Shown here: positions 59,441 through 64,000 of the stretch, one piece after another
How positions within the stretch are numbered: the first letter of the stretch is position 1
How the letters are laid out: every line of letters begins with the position of its first letter
NCBI GenBank assembly: GCA_963721285.1
Contig: CAVRIN010000007.1
Coordinates: 244,873-308,872 of the forward strand
Length of the DNA stretch: 64,000 nt
Origin: an uncultured Solirubrobacteraceae bacterium
Lineage (GTDB): Bacteria > Actinomycetota > Thermoleophilia > Solirubrobacterales > Solirubrobacteraceae
Direction of reading: 5' to 3'
Position numbers and translations under genes: made by a program
The notes under the pieces: model-generated
The model's database searches: none
The model's input: the letters and a program-made list of their open reading frames with translations, nothing else
Told to the model about the DNA's origin: nothing

Positions 59441-60525
59441 TGAGCGACCGCATCCAGGAGCTTCGCGAAGAGGCCGAGGCCGCGATCGGCGCGGCCGCCT
59501 CGAGCGCCGAGCTCGAGGAGCTGCGGGTGCGCTACCTCGGGCGCAAGGCCGAGCTGCCGCAGATGCTGCGCGAGGTCGCAAAGCTCGAGCCCGACCGGCG
59601 GGCGGCCGTCGGCAAAGCCGCCAACCAGGCTCGCCAGGCGCTCGAGGCGCTGATCGACGCGCGCGCGTCCGAGCTCGCCGGTACGGAGCTCACCTCCCAG
59701 CTCGCGGAGGACCGCGTCGACGTCACGCTCCCAGGCGCGCCGCCCCAGGCGCTCGGGCGGCTGCACGTGCTGAGCGCGACCCGCCGCGAGCTCGAGGACA
59801 TCTTCCTCGGCCTGGGCTTCACGGTCATGGAAGGCCCCGAGATCGAGACCGTCCACTACAACTTCGACGCGCTCAATCACAGCCCGACGCACCCCGCGCG
59901 GGCGCGCACGGCCGACGACGTTCTTATGTACGCGGGCCGGGATGGCCGCGAAGTCGTGCTGAGGACGCACACCTCGCCGATGCAGGTGCGCGCCATGGAG
60001 CAGCACCCGCCGCCGCTCTACATCGTGGTGCCCGGCCGGGTCTACCGGCGCGACCTCGACGCCACGCACACGCCCCAGTTTCACCAGATCGAGGGCCTCG
60101 CCGTCGACGAGGACATCACGCTCGCCGATCTGAAGGGGACGCTGCTGCACTTCGCGCGCGCCTTCTTCGGCGACGCCAGGGAGGTGCGCCTGCGCCCGCA
60201 CTTCTTCCCCTTCACCGAGCCGTCGGTCGAGGTCGACGTCTCCTGCTTCAACTGCGACGGCAAGGGCTTCCTGGCCGACGGCTCGCGCTGCCACCTCTGC
60301 AAGGGCGAGGGCTGGCTCGAGATCCTCGGCGCGGGCGAGGTCGACCCGAACGTCTACGCGCACGTTGCCACCACGGAGGCGAACGCGCCCGGATACGACC
60401 CGGAGAAGGTGCAGGGCTTCGCGTGGGGACTGGGCGTCGAGCGGATGGCGATGCTCAAGCACGGCCTGCCAGACCTGCGCCTGATGTACGAGAACGACCT
60501 GCGGCTGCTGGAGCAGTTCGGATGA
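59440..60525 (+). CDS. pheS: Phenylalanine--tRNA ligase alpha subunit
   Basis: NFDALN, LRTHTSP, HTPQFHQIEG, FPFTEPS, GFAWGLGVER. Confidence 0.98.
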   Translation: MSDRIQELREEAEAAIGAAASSAELEELRVRYLGRKAELPQMLREVAKLEPDRRAAVGKAANQARQALEALIDARASELAGTELTSQLAEDRVDVTLPGAPPQALGRLHVLSATRRELEDIFLGLGFTVMEGPEIETVHYNFDALNHSPTHPARARTADDVLMYAGRDGREVVLRTHTSPMQVRAMEQHPPPLYIVVPGRVYRRDLDATHTPQFHQIEGLAVDEDITLADLKGTLLHFARAFFGDAREVRLRPHFFPFTEPSVEVDVSCFNCDGKGFLADGSRCHLCKGEGWLEILGAGEVDPNVYAHVATTEANAPGYDPEKVQGFAWGLGVERMAMLKHGLPDLRLMYENDLRLLEQFG

Positions 60526-62984
60526 GGGTCCCGCTCCCCTGGCTGCGCGAATACTGCGACCCGCCGCTCGACACGACCGGGGTCGAGGAGCGCCTGACGA
60601 TGACCGGCACGAAGGTCGAGGCGATCCACCGCGTCGGGCCGCCGGCGCCAGACGGCTTCGTCGTGGGGCGCGTGCTGAGCGCCGAGCAGCATCCGGATGC
60701 CGACCGGCTGAAGGTCTGCACCGTGGACCTCGGCGACGGGCAGCCGGCGACGATCGTCTGTGGCGCCTCGAACGTCGACGGCGGGCAGACGGTCGCGGTC
60801 GCGCGGCCGGGCGCCGTGATGCCGGACGGGACGAAGCTCGGCAGGGCCAAGCTGCGCGGGGTCGTCTCCGAAGGGATGATCCTCGCCGCCTCCGAGCTCG
60901 AGCTCGAGCCCTCGGGCGAGCGCAGCGCGGGGATCCTGGTGCTGGACGAGCTCGACGCCGAGTTCGCGCCCGGCACACCGCTGAGCGAAGTGCTCCCGGT
61001 CGCGACCGAGGTACTGGAGCTCGAGATCACGCCGAACCGGCCGGACTGCCTCGGCGTCTACGGCGTCGCGCGAGAGCTGCACGCAGCGAGCGGCGCGGCG
61101 CTCGCTCCCGCTCCGTGGGCGCAGGATGCCGGCTTTCCCGGCGAGCTGGCCGCCGCGCGCGTGGAGGTCCTGTCCCCGGACCTCTGCCCGCGCTTCACGG
61201 CACGGGTCTTCGAGGACGTCACGATCGGTCCCTCCCCGGTGTGGCTGCGCGCGCGGCTGACGGCGGCGGGACAGCGACCGATCAACAACGTCGTCGACAT
61301 CACCAACTACGCGATGCTGCTGAGCGGCCAGCCGCTGCACGCCTTCGATCTGGACCGCGTCGCGGGCGCGCACCTGACGGTGCGCCGCGCGCGCGACGGC
61401 GAGCAGGTGCAGACGCTCGACGGCCAGACCCGCGAGCTCGACGGCGAGATGGTCCTGATCGAGGACGAGCAGGGCCCGACGTCGATCGCCGGGATCATGG
61501 GCGGCGCCCGCTCGGAGGTCGCCCTCGACACGAGCCGCGTCCTGCTCGAGGTCGCGACGTGGAACGGGCCGAACATCCACCGCACCTCCTGGGCGCTCGG
61601 CCTGCGCAGCGAGGCCTCCGCGCGCTTCGAGAAGGGGCTTCAGCCCGAGCAGACCATGCACGCGCAGGCGATCGCCTCGGCGCTGATGGTCGAGCTCTGC
61701 GGCGCGACGCTCCTGCCGGGGACGATCGACGTCGGCGGCGACGGGCCGCCGCCGCAGACGATTCAGCTGCGCGAGCGCCGCGTCGAGGCGATCCTCGGCG
61801 TGCCCGTGGCGGTGTCCCGCCAGAAGGAGATCCTGACCGCGCTCGACTTCGCGGCCGAGCCGACGGAGGACGGGCTGGCGGTCACGGCGCCGCCGCTACG
61901 CCGCGATGACGTCACGCGCGAGGTCGACCTGATCGAGGAGGTCGCGCGCATAGACGGGCTCGAGCGCCTGCCCGCGACGCTGCCGGCGCGGCGCGGCGCC
62001 GCCGGGCGGCTCGACCACGGCCAGCGCGTGCGCAGGGCGGCCGAGGACGCGATGACCGGCCGCGGCCTTCACGAGATCGCCGGCTGGAGCTTCGCCGATC
62101 CGGGCCTGCTCGACCGCCTGCGGCTGCCCGCCGGCCATCCGCTGCGCGCCGTCGTCACGATCGAGAACCCGCTCTCGGAGGATCTCTCGATCATGCGCCC
62201 GACGATCCTCGGGTCGCTGCTCGACGCGGCCCGCCACAACGTCTCGCGCGGCGCCCAGGAGATCGCGATCTTCGAGTCCGGCACCGTCTACCGCGCCGCG
62301 CCCGGCGGCGGGCCGTACGGGACCGGCGCCGATGAGCACCACGCCCTCGGCGCTCTGCTCGCCGGGCCGCTCACGCCACGCTCGTGGCGCGGGGAGCGCG
62401 CCGAGGCCGACTTCTTCGCCGTCAAGGCGCTGCTCGAAGCGCTGCTCGCGCGCATGCACGTGGACTGGTCCGTCGCGGCGGCGGAACCCGAGCGCTGGCC
62501 GTTCCTGCACCCGGGCCGCAGCGCGGCGATCACCGCGAGAAGCGCCGCCGCCGACGGCGAGCCGTTCACGCTCGGCTTTCTCGGCGAGCTGCACCCGCTG
62601 ATCGCGGGCGCCTGGGACGTGCCCCGCAGCGCTGCGTTCGCGATCGACCTCGGCAAGCTCGCCGCCGCCGCCCCGGAGACCGTGGGCTTCAAACCGTTCG
62701 GTGCCTATCCGGTGCTGCGCCAGGACCTGGCCGTGACGCTGCCTGACACCGTCGCCGCCGCCCAGCTGCTCCTGTCGGTCCGCATCGCCGGCGGCGAGGC
62801 GCTCGCCGACGCACAGATCTTCGATGTCTACAGCGGCGAGCAGGTCGGGGCGGGACGGCGCTCGCTGGCGCTTGCGCTGAGCTTCCGCTCGCTCCAGGGC
62901 ACCCTGACCGACGAGGACGTGGCGCCGCTGCGCGAGCGGATCGTCGCGGCGATCGGCGATCTGGGAGGCGAGCTCCGTGGCTGA
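60522..62984 (+). CDS. pheT: Phenylalanine--tRNA ligase beta subunit
   Basis: HPDADRL, IVCGA, LRGVVSEGMI, ITPNRPD, INNVVDITNY, GQPLHAFD, DLIEEVAR. Confidence 0.98.
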   Translation: MRVPLPWLREYCDPPLDTTGVEERLTMTGTKVEAIHRVGPPAPDGFVVGRVLSAEQHPDADRLKVCTVDLGDGQPATIVCGASNVDGGQTVAVARPGAVMPDGTKLGRAKLRGVVSEGMILAASELELEPSGERSAGILVLDELDAEFAPGTPLSEVLPVATEVLELEITPNRPDCLGVYGVARELHAASGAALAPAPWAQDAGFPGELAAARVEVLSPDLCPRFTARVFEDVTIGPSPVWLRARLTAAGQRPINNVVDITNYAMLLSGQPLHAFDLDRVAGAHLTVRRARDGEQVQTLDGQTRELDGEMVLIEDEQGPTSIAGIMGGARSEVALDTSRVLLEVATWNGPNIHRTSWALGLRSEASARFEKGLQPEQTMHAQAIASALMVELCGATLLPGTIDVGGDGPPPQTIQLRERRVEAILGVPVAVSRQKEILTALDFAAEPTEDGLAVTAPPLRRDDVTREVDLIEEVARIDGLERLPATLPARRGAAGRLDHGQRVRRAAEDAMTGRGLHEIAGWSFADPGLLDRLRLPAGHPLRAVVTIENPLSEDLSIMRPTILGSLLDAARHNVSRGAQEIAIFESGTVYRAAPGGGPYGTGADEHHALGALLAGPLTPRSWRGERAEADFFAVKALLEALLARMHVDWSVAAAEPERWPFLHPGRSAAITARSAAADGEPFTLGFLGELHPLIAGAWDVPRSAAFAIDLGKLAAAAPETVGFKPFGAYPVLRQDLAVTLPDTVAAAQLLLSVRIAGGEALADAQIFDVYSGEQVGAGRRSLALALSFRSLQGTLTDEDVAPLRERIVAAIGDLGGELRG

Positions 62985-64000
62985 GCGCGAGGCCCAGCCC
63001 GGTGCCGGTGCGGGGGCGCCGCGGGTGATCGTCGCCGGCGCGACGGGGTTCGCGGGCGCGCTCGCCGCGCAGCTCCTCTGGCGCCACCCGGGCTTCGAGC
63101 TGACCGCCGTCACGGGCCGCTCCGAGCTCGGCCGCCCGCTCGCGGAGCTCTACCCGCGCTACCGCGTCCCGCTCGCCGTCGAGGAGCTCGACCTCGGCCT
63201 GTTCGGGAGTCCCGCCCACCCGATCGACGCGGCGATCGTCGCCTACCCGCACGCGGCGGCCGCGCCAACCGTCGCGGCGCTGCGCGAGTCCGGCGCAAGG
63301 GTGGTCGACCTGAGCGCGGACTTCCGGCTCGCCTCGCTCGGGACATACGAGCGCTGGTACGGCCCGCACCCGCAGCCCGAGCTGCTCGAGCAGGCCGTCT
63401 ATGGGCTCACCGAGCTGCACCGCGAGGCGATCGCCCGCGCGGCGATCGTCGCCAACCCCGGCTGCTATCCGACCGCAAGCGTGCTGGCGCTCGCACCGCT
63501 CGCGCGCGCCGGGCTGATCGCCGACGTCGTGATCGACGCGAAGCAGGGCATCTCGGGCGCCGGGCGCGCCTTCGACGAGCAGACACACCTGTCGCTGGCC
63601 GGCGAGAACATCCTTCCCTACAAGGTCGCCGCGCACCGCCATACGCCCGAGATCGAGGAGCAGCTCGCGCTGTTGATGCCCACCCATCCCGACCTGCGTG
63701 TCCAGTTCCAGGCCTCGCTCGTCCCGCTCGACCAGGGCGAGCTCGCCAGCTGCTACGTCACCCCGACGCGTCCCGTCGGCCCCGAGGAGCTGCACGACCT
63801 GTTCGCCGACGCATACGCCGAGGAGATGTTCGTCGAGGTCGTCTCCGAGCCGCCCGGCACGCGCGAGGTGCTCGCCACCAACTTCTGCCGCATCTTCGCC
63901 GCCGCCGACCAGCACACCGGCAAGGTGCTCGTCTTCGCCTCGATCGACAACCTCTGGAAGGGCACGTCCTCGCAGGCGGTCCAGAACCTGAACGTGATGT
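62977..64000 (+). CDS. argC: N-acetyl-gamma-glutamyl-phosphate reductase (3'-partial)
   Basis: GATGFAG, DLSADFRL, AVYGLTEL, ANPGCYPT, SGAGR, HRHTPEI, IDNLWKGTSSQAVQNLN. Confidence 0.95.
   Translation, partial: MAEREAQPGAGAGAPRVIVAGATGFAGALAAQLLWRHPGFELTAVTGRSELGRPLAELYPRYRVPLAVEELDLGLFGSPAHPIDAAIVAYPHAAAAPTVAALRESGARVVDLSADFRLASLGTYERWYGPHPQPELLEQAVYGLTELHREAIARAAIVANPGCYPTASVLALAPLARAGLIADVVIDAKQGISGAGRAFDEQTHLSLAGENILPYKVAAHRHTPEIEEQLALLMPTHPDLRVQFQASLVPLDQGELASCYVTPTRPVGPEELHDLFADAYAEEMFVEVVSEPPGTREVLATNFCRIFAAADQHTGKVLVFASIDNLWKGTSSQAVQNLNVM

Overview
Very high-GC actinobacterial chromosome segment. The gene content suggests Thermoleophilia/Solirubrobacterales (inference only). Scattered single-base frameshifts look like uncorrected long-read errors. 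From left to right: (1) 1-9.4 kb glycan-modification cluster (GT4, GT2, GNAT, ABC exporter, a glycoside-hydrolase/GT2 fusion, YdjC deacetylase, GT-like protein); (2) cNMP-binding protein, PASTA Ser/Thr kinase, DUF302, tRNA-Cys, secreted protein, phospholipase D; (3) tRNA-Val(GAC) followed by four degenerate copies of its own 3' end (about 17.43, 18.51, 22.17 and 23.02 kb). These copies divide the downstream DNA into one-gene units. Two of them are preceded by a shared architecture of a 12-bp-period direct repeat plus 10-bp-period CTNAG pentamers, and a decayed tyrosine-integrase HxLRH trace lies in one unit. This looks like an integrase-less, tRNA-anchored tandem cassette array and is the most interesting feature here; (4) MoxR-DUF58-transglutaminase, USP, MFS and gene relics; (5) a cyclic-nucleotide module: DUF3307 / MFS-cNMP-patatin / CHASE2-cyclase with an atypical specificity residue, plus a divergent FG-GAP/IPT surface protein and a second cyclase; (6) FadR plus fatty-acid hydroxylase, a frameshifted penicillin-acylase-family gene, secreted proteins, two ECF sigma factors, LysR and an IclR-type HTH; (7) core operon thrS-infC-rpmI-rplT-TrmH-pheS-pheT-argC (partial). 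All product calls come from motif recognition by eye; no database search was run.
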